Source: a bacterium | Lineage (GTDB): Bacteria > Krumholzibacteriota > Krumholzibacteriia > LZORAL124-64-63 | Assembly: GCA_018829565.1 (NCBI GenBank) | Contig: JAHJTW010000183.1 | Coordinates: 9,996-73,995 of the forward strand | Length of the DNA: 64,000 bases | Direction of reading: 5' to 3' | Shown here: one piece after another, positions 1-9,505 of the stretch | Position numbering within the stretch: the stretch's first letter is position 1 | How the letters are laid out: each line of letters begins with the position of its first letter | The notes under the pieces: generated by a model | What the model was told of the DNA's origin: nothing | Seen by the model: only the letters and a program-made list of their open reading frames with translations | Database searches by the model: none | Made by a program: the position numbers and the translations under genes

Positions 1-645
1 GAACATCCCGTCCACCACTTCGGTTACCTGCAGGATGACCCGGCCAAGGCGGAATTCTACCGGGGGATCGCCCGGACCAAGACCGAGCAGGAACCTCAGA
101 ATCCTCAGGCCTGGTCCGAGCTGGCCGATTGCGCCATCGCCTGCGGGGACCTCGGCGAAGCCGTGGCCGCCATCGACCGGGCCCTGATCATCGAGCCCGT
201 GGATCCGGACCGGCGCCTGACGGCCGGCTGGCTCCTGTTGCAGCAGGGGAAACTGGACCAGGCCGACGCCCAGCTGGCCTCGGTGGCCGGCGGCGGCGGG
301 GCGGACGACCTCCAGCTCGCCGAGGCCTGCCACCTGCGGGCGCAGGTCGCCCTGCGGCAGGACCGCGGCGAGACCGCAGGCCGCCTGCTGGCCGTGGCGC
401 TGCACCTCTTCCCCGACAACGGGCACTACCAGAACACCCTGGGAGTGTGGCACCTGGCCCACGGCCGGGGTGATAAGGCCAGGATGGCCCTCGAGCGGGC
501 GGCCGGACTCTTGCCCGGCTGCGCCGATCCCTGGCTCAACCTGGGCAAGATGTACGAGGCGGCGGGAATGCCCCAGGCCGCCGAGGAACACTTCCTCAGG
601 GCCCGCCGGGAGGATCCCCGCATCCCCGTTCCCGGCTGCGCTTGA
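1..645 (+). CDS. TPR-containing protein, probably the C-terminus of a GT2-TPR glycosyltransferase (5' truncated)
   Basis: Frame 1 is open from base 1 (EHPVHHFGYLQDDPAKAEFY...). The HxGY motif followed by TPR helices is typical of GT2-TPR proteins. Confidence 0.65.
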   Translation, partial: EHPVHHFGYLQDDPAKAEFYRGIARTKTEQEPQNPQAWSELADCAIACGDLGEAVAAIDRALIIEPVDPDRRLTAGWLLLQQGKLDQADAQLASVAGGGGADDLQLAEACHLRAQVALRQDRGETAGRLLAVALHLFPDNGHYQNTLGVWHLAHGRGDKARMALERAAGLLPGCADPWLNLGKMYEAAGMPQAAEEHFLRARREDPRIPVPGCA

Positions 646-662
646 CAGGTTCCGCATCACTG

Positions 663-697
663 AAAAAGGCGGAATCCCGAGGGGGGTCCCGCCTTTT
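663..697. terminator. bidirectional intrinsic terminator
   Basis: AAAAAGGCGG...CCGCCTTTT hairpin between convergent genes. Confidence 0.65.
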
Positions 698-718
698 CCG
701 TTGTTCTTGCAGGAGTGC

Positions 719-1762
719 TCAGCCGAGCAGGCGCTGGTGGACCTCGGCCACGGCCAGGTCGGCCTCGGTCACGATCTCCTCCAGGATCTCCCGCAGCGGT
801 TGCACCTTGTCCACCAGGCCCACCGATTGTCCCGCCATCAGGGACCCGTGCTCCATGTCGCCGTCCATGGTGGCCTTGCGCAGCGACCCGATCCAGTATT
901 CCTCGACCTTGAACTGGGCCTCCTGCCGCCCGATCTCGCCCTTGCGCAGCCTCTCCAGGAGTTCCAGCTGAAGATCGCCGAAGTGGGTCATGGCGTGGTT
1001 GTTCAACGCCCGGACCGAAACCACCGGCAGCTTCGAACTGTACTGGGGCGTGGAGATGGCCTCGCGCGACCGGGATTTGATGAAGACGTCCTTGAAGTTC
1101 TTGTGGACGTTGCACTCCTCGGCCAGCACGAAGCGCGTGCCCATCTGCGCTCCCGCGGCCCCCATGAGGGTCAGGTGGGCGACCATCTTGCCGGTGCCGA
1201 TGCCGCCGGCGACGAAGATGGGCACCTGGGGGAACTGGAAGAGGATCTCCTGCAGCAGGACCATCGTCGAGACGTGGCCGATGTGGCCTCCGGCTTCGCT
1301 GCCCTCGAGGATCAGGGCGTCGGCGCCGTACTCGATCATGCGCTGGGCGATGCTGCCGGTCGAGGCGAAGCACAGCACCTTGGCGCCGCTGTCCTTGGCC
1401 TTGCGGACCTCCTCGCCCCGCGGGATCGACCCCGCGAAGACGATGTGGCTGACCTTCTTCTCGCAGAGGATGTCCAGGTGCTTCAGGTAGTTCGGAGCGA
1501 TGGTGATGCAGTTGCCGGCGAAGGGCCGGTCCGTGAGCTCCCGGGTCTGGTCGACGTAATCGGCCCACATGTCTGGTTCCATGTTGCCGGCCGCCAGGAC
1601 CCCGAACGCCCCCAGGTTGCCCATCAGCGAGACGAGCTTGGGGTCGCTGACCCAGGTCATGGCCCCGCACATGATCGGCAGTTCGCTGCCGAGAAAATCC
1701 GTGCCCCGCTTCCAGAGTTTCTCCAGGCTCGCGGGCGTGCGGACCGGTTCGTGGGCTGTCAT
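719..1762 (-). CDS. FabK/nitronate monooxygenase family flavin oxidoreductase
   Basis: PIMCGAMTW, EGSEAGGHIG, AGGIG, QMGTRF and LMAGQSVG motifs; AGGAGG RBS before ATG at 1762. Confidence 0.85.
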   Translation of the reverse strand: MTAHEPVRTPASLEKLWKRGTDFLGSELPIMCGAMTWVSDPKLVSLMGNLGAFGVLAAGNMEPDMWADYVDQTRELTDRPFAGNCITIAPNYLKHLDILCEKKVSHIVFAGSIPRGEEVRKAKDSGAKVLCFASTGSIAQRMIEYGADALILEGSEAGGHIGHVSTMVLLQEILFQFPQVPIFVAGGIGTGKMVAHLTLMGAAGAQMGTRFVLAEECNVHKNFKDVFIKSRSREAISTPQYSSKLPVVSVRALNNHAMTHFGDLQLELLERLRKGEIGRQEAQFKVEEYWIGSLRKATMDGDMEHGSLMAGQSVGLVDKVQPLREILEEIVTEADLAVAEVHQRLLG

Positions 1763-1972
1763 GGTTTCCTCCTGATGATCCCCTGGGGAAAGTTCGCGTT
1801 CAACGACCCCATGTGATAACAGAAACCGTCCGGATTTGCAACCGGGGCCTGGGCGCTTGATCGATTCCCGGCGATTCCGTACCCTCAAGGTGCCGGGATT
1901 TGGGAGGATCCCGGTTCATGCCGAGCCGCTATTCCTCGCCGATTTCCCGGTTCGCCGAAGGGGGCATCCACC

Positions 1973-4363
1973 ATGCTGCATTTCCGGAAGTTGTCCGGCC
2001 TCGTGTTCCTGCTCGCCATCTGCGCCTGCGCGCCCACCCTCGATCCCGAAACCACCGGGGCCGTTCTCGAAGAACAGGGCGAAGAGGCCGCAGCCACGGC
2101 CGCCGGCTTCGCCGGAATGCTCGACCGCCATCTGGCCCTGCCGGCGGCGGAGCAGGACGCAGCCCGCCGGGAAGCGCGGGAGATCGCCGAGTTCTGGCGG
2201 GAATTCGAGCAGGAGGCGCACGACGTCGAGGACTCCCAGCTGCGCCAGTGGTACTACCGCGACAACGCCATCACCGCGGACCACCGCTGGTTCGGCCTGG
2301 GCAACAGCATCCTCGAGCTGAAGAAGGCCACCGAGCGGGATCCCTCCTTCGCCGAGGGCTGGGGCGCCCTGGGCCGGCTGTGCGCCGAGGCCGGCGACCT
2401 GGTGACGGCCCGGACCTATCTCGACCACGCCCGCACCACCGCCCACGCCCTGGGCCTCCTGGGCCGCCCCGTCGACCGGGACGTCCAGCTGCAGATCTAC
2501 CGCGAGCGGGCCTGGGTGCTGCGCGATCTCGCCCTGTGGGACGAGGGTCTGGAGGCGGTGACCGAGGGTCTGCGGTTCCGCCCCGGCGACCCCGACCTGG
2601 TCCTGGTCAAGGGCCTGCTGCTGGCCGGATCGGGCCGGTACGAGCAGGCCGTCTCCCTGGCGGTGCGGATGGAGCCGGTGGAATACCCGCAGTACGACTT
2701 CATCTATCGCGGCTTCAAGCTTCAGAAGTCCAGCCACGCCAACAACTGGATCCGGGCCGTCGCCCTGCTCGCCATCGGCGACGTCGAGCTGGCCTACGCC
2801 AAGCTGGGCGACCTGTCGGTGTACGCCTACCGGGGTAACATCGCCCACAGCGCCCGCTACTGGAAGGACGCCGGCCTGATCGCCGAGCTGGCGGGCGACG
2901 ACCAGGCGCCCACCTACTACGCCGTCGGTTTCGTGACGCGTCACTACCAGCAGTTCTATCCGGCCGCAGCCAACAACGTGGCGCCCCTGGTCCTGGACCT
3001 TCCCCACCCCGGCATGCCGGTCTACACCAGCTTCGGCAGCCGCTTCTACATCGCCGGTTCGCCCTTCTCGTACGTGGGCCTGCAGATGAACCACCTCGGC
3101 GATGGGCTGTTCCAGGGCCAGAGGAACGAGGCGGCGGGGCGGGCGCTGCAGATGCTCGACCTGCTCGAGCGCCGCAACGTCGCGCCGGCCGTCTGCCGGG
3201 CCTTCCGCGGCCGCATCTACTACGCCCACGACGACTATGGTCCGGCGGAAACCGAACTTTTGGCCGCCCGCCAGGCATTCAAGGCCCGGGACGAGGTCGA
3301 CGCCGGGACCAGCCTGCTGCTGGGCCTGCTCAAGATGCGCAACCAGGATTACCGGCGGGCGGAGACCTACCTCGAGGAATCCCTGGCCGCCGAGGAGAGC
3401 AATCCCGTGGGTTGGCGCTCCCTGGGCGTGGTCTATTCCCGACTCGGCAAGACAGCCCAGGCGGGCCAGGCCATGACCCGCGCCGTGCAGGCCGACCCCT
3501 GGAACGTCTCGGGCCTGTACAACCGGGGGCTCTACAACTACCAGAACGGGCAGCTGGGTCCGGCCATGGCCGACCTGGACCGGGCCCTGCGGATCGATCC
3601 GGAGAACCGCGAGGTCCAGCGGCTGCGCGGGATCGTGACCGGAACCATCGAGGAATCGGGGCGGAGCGTGGCCGAGGTCACCGCGATGACCGAGGGGATC
3701 CCCGAGGAGTACGCCCGGGATCCGGCGGAACTGCTGGCGGAGCTGGAGGCCGAGATCGACGCGTTCTTCACCGTGCCCGATTCCCTGCGCCTGAGCGAAC
3801 CGGAGGCCGAGGAGCGGATCCAGGTCCTGATGAGCCGGTACGTGCAGTTCCGGGACCCCCAGCTGCGCGCCATCCTGGCCATGGCGCTGGTGGACCACGG
3901 GCGCATGGCCGAGGTCCAGCACCTGCTGGGCCCGGGCTGGGGCGTGGACCTGTCCCCCGAGGAGGAACTGATCCTCCTGTACGCCGACCACCAGGTGGGC
4001 GAGCGCGCCCGCGCCGAGCAGGTCATGCGGCAGGTGCTGGCCTCGGGTGACGGCGGGGGCAACCCCTACGCCGTGGCCCTGGCGGCGCGCACCATGCGGA
4101 CCAGCACCGATCCGGAGGCGGCCGACAGGGAACTCGCCCAGAATTCCCGCACCCACGGTTTCTTCTACTGGTGGACCAACGCCAAGACCAACAAGGCAGC
4201 CAGCAGCATGATGCCGAAATTCGTGTACAACAGGTGGCTCTGGCTCCAGTACAAGGACGAACCGATGCTGGAGCAGGCCGTCTGGGGCATGTCCCCGACT
4301 CCCGTCCAGGGACGGTCGAGCAGCGTGGCCACCGAATCTTCGGTGGGGACTGTGGGCAAATGA
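1973..4363 (+). CDS. large TPR-repeat lipoprotein
   Basis: Signal peptide with lipobox-like LAICAC; multiple TPRs (e.g. GWRSLGVVYSRLGK, GLYNRGLYNYQNG). Confidence 0.75.
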   Translation: MLHFRKLSGLVFLLAICACAPTLDPETTGAVLEEQGEEAAATAAGFAGMLDRHLALPAAEQDAARREAREIAEFWREFEQEAHDVEDSQLRQWYYRDNAITADHRWFGLGNSILELKKATERDPSFAEGWGALGRLCAEAGDLVTARTYLDHARTTAHALGLLGRPVDRDVQLQIYRERAWVLRDLALWDEGLEAVTEGLRFRPGDPDLVLVKGLLLAGSGRYEQAVSLAVRMEPVEYPQYDFIYRGFKLQKSSHANNWIRAVALLAIGDVELAYAKLGDLSVYAYRGNIAHSARYWKDAGLIAELAGDDQAPTYYAVGFVTRHYQQFYPAAANNVAPLVLDLPHPGMPVYTSFGSRFYIAGSPFSYVGLQMNHLGDGLFQGQRNEAAGRALQMLDLLERRNVAPAVCRAFRGRIYYAHDDYGPAETELLAARQAFKARDEVDAGTSLLLGLLKMRNQDYRRAETYLEESLAAEESNPVGWRSLGVVYSRLGKTAQAGQAMTRAVQADPWNVSGLYNRGLYNYQNGQLGPAMADLDRALRIDPENREVQRLRGIVTGTIEESGRSVAEVTAMTEGIPEEYARDPAELLAELEAEIDAFFTVPDSLRLSEPEAEERIQVLMSRYVQFRDPQLRAILAMALVDHGRMAEVQHLLGPGWGVDLSPEEELILLYADHQVGERARAEQVMRQVLASGDGGGNPYAVALAARTMRTSTDPEAADRELAQNSRTHGFFYWWTNAKTNKAASSMMPKFVYNRWLWLQYKDEPMLEQAVWGMSPTPVQGRSSSVATESSVGTVGK

Positions 4364-4375
4364 ACCGGAGCGGGG

Positions 4376-6385
4376 TCAGGCCAGGTTCTCGAGCAGCACC
4401 TCGGCGATGTCCCGGGCCCTGAGCTGGTCGCTGCGGTCGGTCTCCTTGATGGCGTCCGAAAGCATGGTCAGGCAGAAGGGGCAGGCGGTGCAGACCTCCT
4501 CGGCCCCGGTCTCGGCCGCCTCGGCGATCCGGTTGTGGTTGATGCGGGTGCCCAGGTCCTCCTCCATGAACATGCGGCCGCCCCCGGCGCCGCAGCAGAA
4601 ACCCTCGCGGCGGTTGCGGGGCATCTCGACCTGCTCCAGCCCCTGGACCTTGGCCAGGACCTCCCGGGGCGCATCGTAGATGCCGTTGTGCCGACCGAGG
4701 TAGCAGGAGTCGTGGTAGGTGACCTTGGCGGCCGCCCCGGGCTTCAGCTGGAGCTTGCCGTCTTCGACCAGTTCCAGCAGGATCTCGCTGTGGTGGACCA
4801 CCTCGACGTCCTGCAAGCCGAATTCCGGGTACTCGTTGGCGATGGCGTTGAAGCAGTGGGGGCAGGCGGTGACCACCTTCTTCACCTGGTACTTCTGGAA
4901 GGTCGTGATGTTGGCCGGGGCCTGCATCTGGAACAGGTACTCGTTGCCGACGCGCCGCGTCGGATCGCCGCAGCACCCCTCCTCCTTCCCCAGCACCGCA
5001 TAGTCCACGCCGGCCTTGTTGAAGAGCGTGCAGACCGCCTTCAGAACTTCGCTGTTGCGGCTGTCGAAGCTGCCCGCGCAGCCGACGAAGAGGAGGTACT
5101 CCGCCGAGCCCTTGTCCCGCATGCGCGGCACCTCGAGATCCCCGATCCAGTCCTCGCGGGCGGCGGAGCTGGCGTTCCAGGGATTGCTGTTGTTCTCCAG
5201 GCCCTTGAGCGCGTTCTGGAGCGCCGACGGGACCTTGGCCTCCATCATCGTCAGGTGGCGGCGCTGGTCGATGATGTTGGGGATGTGGTCGATCATGACC
5301 GGGCAACTGCTGACGCACCAGCCGCAGGTCGTGCAGGCCCAGATGGCATCCTCCTCGTTCACCGAGCCGATCAGGGGAGGGCGCTCCTGGGCCGCGATCA
5401 GGGCGGCGGCCTCCTGGTCCCTGCCCTGGGCCTTGAGCTTGCCCACCTTCACCAGGTGGTCGCTCATGGCGTAGGCCTGATCCCGCTCGTTGACGATGAT
5501 CTCGCGGGGGCTCAGGGGCTTGCCCGTCACGTGGGTCGGGCACATGTCGTTGCAGCGGCCGCACTCGGTGCAGGTGTACATGTCCAGGAACCGGCGCCAG
5601 CTGAAGTCCTCCAGCTTGCCCACCCCGAAGGTCTCGCGGCCCTCGAACTCCATCTTCTCGAGGGCGGCGGTGGGGGTCAACCGGGCCAGGTAGACCGCCG
5701 GCAGGGCCGTCAGGACGTGGAAGTGCTTGCCGAAGGGCAGCACGTTCAGGAAGGCCAGCACCAGGCTCACGTGGGCCCAGTACATGGTGTTGAACCAGGT
5801 CCGGGCCGTCTGCTCGGACGTCCCGGCGAAGGCGCCGCTCAGCAGGGTGGACATCCAGGCCGCCCCGCGTTCGGACGCGTCCGGCTCCAGCCTGAACATG
5901 GCGGCGTCCCCCAGCAGGTCCGTGGCCATCAGCGACCCGATCCAGGTCAGGATCAGCAGGGCCTCGCCGCTCAGGTGCAGACGGGAGGGCCGCACCACGA
6001 CCCGCCGGTAGATGGCGAACAGGACGGCCAGGAGGACGATGACCGCGAAGGTGTCCTTCAGGAAGATGTAGATCAGGCCCAGGGGCCCACCCAGCAGGGG
6101 CAGATGGAAGTCGGCGGTGAAGCCCCTCCCGATCAACGTCACCGTCCGGATGGCGGCGACCAGGAACCCGGCGAAGATCGCCGCGTGCATCCAGCCCGCC
6201 GCCTTCTCCTGGAGGAGGCGCTTCTGCCCGAACCCAATGATCAGCAGGTTTTTGAGGCGCCGGCCGGGATGGTCCAGGCGCTTGTCCGGTTCTCCGGACC
6301 GCAGGATCCAGTAGCGGTCGGCGATGGTGCCCGCGAACATCGCCAGGGCCAGGAACAGCAGGATGGTCATTGCCGCCGGGTTCAC
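4376..6385 (-). CDS. membrane Fe-S oxidoreductase, FadF/HdrD-GlpC (CCG domain) family
   Basis: N-terminal TM helices, CTECGRCNDMCP and CTTCGWCVSSCP 4Fe-4S motifs, two CCG domains; GTG start after an RBS. Confidence 0.85.
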   Translation of the reverse strand: MNPAAMTILLFLALAMFAGTIADRYWILRSGEPDKRLDHPGRRLKNLLIIGFGQKRLLQEKAAGWMHAAIFAGFLVAAIRTVTLIGRGFTADFHLPLLGGPLGLIYIFLKDTFAVIVLLAVLFAIYRRVVVRPSRLHLSGEALLILTWIGSLMATDLLGDAAMFRLEPDASERGAAWMSTLLSGAFAGTSEQTARTWFNTMYWAHVSLVLAFLNVLPFGKHFHVLTALPAVYLARLTPTAALEKMEFEGRETFGVGKLEDFSWRRFLDMYTCTECGRCNDMCPTHVTGKPLSPREIIVNERDQAYAMSDHLVKVGKLKAQGRDQEAAALIAAQERPPLIGSVNEEDAIWACTTCGWCVSSCPVMIDHIPNIIDQRRHLTMMEAKVPSALQNALKGLENNSNPWNASSAAREDWIGDLEVPRMRDKGSAEYLLFVGCAGSFDSRNSEVLKAVCTLFNKAGVDYAVLGKEEGCCGDPTRRVGNEYLFQMQAPANITTFQKYQVKKVVTACPHCFNAIANEYPEFGLQDVEVVHHSEILLELVEDGKLQLKPGAAAKVTYHDSCYLGRHNGIYDAPREVLAKVQGLEQVEMPRNRREGFCCGAGGGRMFMEEDLGTRINHNRIAEAAETGAEEVCTACPFCLTMLSDAIKETDRSDQLRARDIAEVLLENLA

Positions 6386-6428
6386 GCTTTCCCCTTCCTG
6401 ATCACGGCCCGCCGGTGAGGGCGGGATT

Positions 6429-6446
6429 AATGAATGGCCATTCATT
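6429..6446. promoter_or_regulatory. perfect 18-bp palindrome, probable TetR/FadR-type operator
   Basis: AATGAATGGCCATTCATT lies about 45 bp upstream of the fadF-like gene. Confidence 0.6.
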
Positions 6447-6649
6447 TATGATAGACCATGCCTCCCCGCCCGTGAAGGAAAAATCCGGCATGGATGCTCA
6501 CCCCGGCGCCCTGCCCCGGGGAATGTTGACCATACGGCCGGGTTGCCTTATTTTCGGACACTTCCAGGGGGAAGGACGAACGGCCGCCCCCGCGACCTCC
6601 ATGCCTGCCGGCGGCGGTGCGCCGCCCCATCGCGAAAGAACGGAATGCC

Positions 6650-7084
6650 ATGAGCGAGAACCGAGGCGTCCTGGATCCTGCCGACGACCGGGTCAGGGAG
6701 ATCCTTTCCACCATGAAACGGATCGCCGTGGTGGGCATCTCCGAGAAGGAGGACCGCGCCAGCCACGGGATCGCCCGGTTCCTGGTGGGCCGCGGCCTGG
6801 AGATCGTCGGGGTCAATCCCACCCTCGCCGGGCCGGTTCTCGGGGCCCCGGTGTTCCCCTCCCTGGCGGACGTGCCGGGACACCTGGACGTGGTCGACGT
6901 CTTCCGGCGCAGCGACGCCGTGCCCGGGATCGTCGACGAGGCCATCGCCGCGGACGTGGACGTGATCTGGCTCCAGGAAGGGGTCGTCCACGAGGAGGCC
7001 GCGGCCAGGGCCGTCGCCGCCGGCATCGACGTCATCATGGACCGCTGCCTGTACAAGGAGTGGCTGCGGTTGATGAACGGATGA
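6650..7084 (+). CDS. CoA-binding protein (YccU family)
   Basis: IAVVGIS, VNP, DVVDVFR, WLQEG and MDRC motifs. Confidence 0.85.
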   Translation: MSENRGVLDPADDRVREILSTMKRIAVVGISEKEDRASHGIARFLVGRGLEIVGVNPTLAGPVLGAPVFPSLADVPGHLDVVDVFRRSDAVPGIVDEAIAADVDVIWLQEGVVHEEAAARAVAAGIDVIMDRCLYKEWLRLMNG

Positions 7085-7088
7085 TGCG

Positions 7089-8141
7089 GTGATCACCCCC
7101 GCCTCCTGGACCGACCGCCCCTGCAGCCTGGTCACCGGCGCCCTGGGCTTCGTCGGCCTGCACCTGGTGCGCCAGTTGCTGCTGGCCGGCCAGGTCGTCG
7201 TGGGCCTCGGCAAGCACGAGGCCGGGGCGGCTCTGCCCCGCCGCTGCGGAGGGTTCACCCTCGCCGGCGAGGAGTCCGCCCTGCCCGGGGCGGTCCGGTA
7301 CGAGGGTCCGGCCGGGTGGTTCGGCTACCTTCCCCTGGATCTGGCCGATCCCGGGCCGATCGACGATCTTGTGCAAGGGCTCCGCCCGGCCATGGTCTAT
7401 CACCTGGCGGCCCAGAGTTCCGCCGCGGCCTCCTTCGGCGATCCCCGGGGGACCTTCACAGCCAACGTCCAGGGCACGGTGAGCCTGCTCGAGGCCGTGC
7501 GCCGGACCCCCCTGGCGGAGCGTCCCGTCGTCCTCTCGGTGGGATCCTGCGAGGAGTACGGTCCGCAACCCGGGTCGTCCTATCCCCTGCGGGAGGACGC
7601 CCCCCTGAACCCGCTGTCCCCCTACGGGGTCAGCAAGGCGGCCCAGACCCTGCTCTGCCGGCAGTACGTGCGGTCCTACGACCTTCCGGTCATCCCGGTG
7701 CGGTCGTTCAACCACACCGGCCCGGGCCAGGACACCCGGTTCGCCTTCCCCAGCTTCGCCAGGCAGATCGCCGCGGCGGAGGCGGGGGCCGGGCCCCGGG
7801 AGATCCGTGTGGGCAACCTGGAAGCGGTCCGGGATTTCCTGGACGTGCGCGACGTCGCCGCCGCCTACAGGATGCTGATCAAGGACGGCAACCCCGGCGA
7901 GATCTATCACGTGAGTTCGGGGATCCCCCTGAGGATCCGCGAAGGTCTGGACATCCTGGTCGATCTGGCCCGCTGTCCGGTGAGCGTCATCGCCGACCCG
8001 GACCGCCAGCGGCCTTCCGATACGCCCATCATGGTGGGCGACAGTTCCAAAATGCGCGAAATCACCGGCTGGGCTCCCGAGTGGGACGTCCGGCGCACCT
8101 TGTCCAGCATGCTGGATGAAGCCCGAAAGGAATTCACATGA
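7089..8141 (+). CDS. NAD-dependent sugar epimerase/reductase (Rmd/GMD-like)
   Basis: TGALGFVG, HLAAQS, YGVSK, FNHTGPGQ and RDFLDVRD motifs. Confidence 0.8.
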   Translation: MITPASWTDRPCSLVTGALGFVGLHLVRQLLLAGQVVVGLGKHEAGAALPRRCGGFTLAGEESALPGAVRYEGPAGWFGYLPLDLADPGPIDDLVQGLRPAMVYHLAAQSSAAASFGDPRGTFTANVQGTVSLLEAVRRTPLAERPVVLSVGSCEEYGPQPGSSYPLREDAPLNPLSPYGVSKAAQTLLCRQYVRSYDLPVIPVRSFNHTGPGQDTRFAFPSFARQIAAAEAGAGPREIRVGNLEAVRDFLDVRDVAAAYRMLIKDGNPGEIYHVSSGIPLRIREGLDILVDLARCPVSVIADPDRQRPSDTPIMVGDSSKMREITGWAPEWDVRRTLSSMLDEARKEFT

Positions 8142-9460
8142 TCCGCATCTGCATGGTCGGGACCGGGTACGTGGGTCTGGTGTCCGGCGCCTGCATGGCC
8201 GATTTCGGCCACCGCGTCACCTGCGTGGACATCAACCAGGAACGCATCGACTCCCTCGTGAGGGGGGGCATCCCCTTCTACGAACCGGGACTCGACCGTC
8301 TGGTCCTGAAGAACGTCGAGGAGGAGAGGCTGTTCTTCACCACCAGCCTGGCCGAAGGCATCCACCAGGCCGACGTGGTCTTCATCGCCGTACAGACGCC
8401 CATGTCCAAGACCGGGGAGGCCGACCTGCAGTTCGTGATGAAGGTCGGCGAGGAGATCGGCGCCCTGCTCGACGACTACAAGGTCATCGTCACCAAGAGC
8501 ACCGTCCCGGTGGGCACCAACCGCAAGCTGAAGCAGGTCATCCAGTCGAAGCTCAAGAAGCCCGTGGACTTCGACATGGCCAGCAACCCCGAGTTCCTGC
8601 GCGAGGGATCCAGCATCGAGGACTTCATGAGGCCCGACCGCGTCGTGATCGGCGTGGAGACGCCCCGCAGCGAGGAGCTCATGCGCGAGATCTACCGGCC
8701 CCTCTACCTGCTGGACACCCCCATGGTCCGGACCGGCATCGAGACGGCCGAGCTGGTCAAGTACGCCTCGAACAGCTTCCTGGCCGTGAAGATCTCCTTC
8801 ATCAACGAGATCGCCCGGCTGGCCGAAGCGGTCGGCGCCGACGTCTCCGACGTGGCCAAGGCCATGGGCCTGGACAAGCGCATCGGGTCCAAGTTCCTCC
8901 ACGCCGGCCTCGGCTTCGGGGGCAGCTGCCTGCCCAAGGACACCAACGCCATCGTCCACATCGCCCAGGAGGCGGGGACGGAGATGCGGACGGTGAAGGC
9001 CGCCATCGGCGTCAACGAGGCGCTGCCGGAGCGGGCCCTGGCCAAGGCCGAGCGCCTGACCGGCGGCCTCGAGGGCAAGACCGTCGGCCTGCTGGGCCTG
9101 GCCTTCAAGCCCAACACGGACGACATCCGGTCGGCCGCCAGCATCCCCCTGGTGGACGGCCTGCTGGCCCGGGGCTGCCGCATCCAGGCCCACGATCCCG
9201 CCGCCGTGCCCAACTTCAAGCAGTTCTATCCCGACCTCGAATACTGCAAGTCCCCCTACCACGCCTGCCAGGATGCGGACATCGCCATCCTGGTCACGGA
9301 GTGGAACCAGTACCGCCAGCTCGACCTGGGCAACCTGCGGGAGATCATGGCAGGAAACGCTTTCCTGGATTGCCGGAATGTGTATGATCGTCCGCACCTG
9401 GAAAAATACGGTTTCCTGTACGATTGTTTCGGCCGCGCCGCCCACACTTCGGACGTTTGA
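8138..9460 (+). CDS. ugd: UDP-glucose/GDP-mannose 6-dehydrogenase
   Basis: GTGYVG, KSTVPVG, NPEFLREG, GFGGSCLPKD and FKPNTDD motifs. Confidence 0.9.
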   Translation: MIRICMVGTGYVGLVSGACMADFGHRVTCVDINQERIDSLVRGGIPFYEPGLDRLVLKNVEEERLFFTTSLAEGIHQADVVFIAVQTPMSKTGEADLQFVMKVGEEIGALLDDYKVIVTKSTVPVGTNRKLKQVIQSKLKKPVDFDMASNPEFLREGSSIEDFMRPDRVVIGVETPRSEELMREIYRPLYLLDTPMVRTGIETAELVKYASNSFLAVKISFINEIARLAEAVGADVSDVAKAMGLDKRIGSKFLHAGLGFGGSCLPKDTNAIVHIAQEAGTEMRTVKAAIGVNEALPERALAKAERLTGGLEGKTVGLLGLAFKPNTDDIRSAASIPLVDGLLARGCRIQAHDPAAVPNFKQFYPDLEYCKSPYHACQDADIAILVTEWNQYRQLDLGNLREIMAGNAFLDCRNVYDRPHLEKYGFLYDCFGRAAHTSDV

Positions 9461-9505
9461 TGGAGACCGGCCGGGTCCTGCGGGTCCCGGCGGTGAAAGG
9501 GTTCC

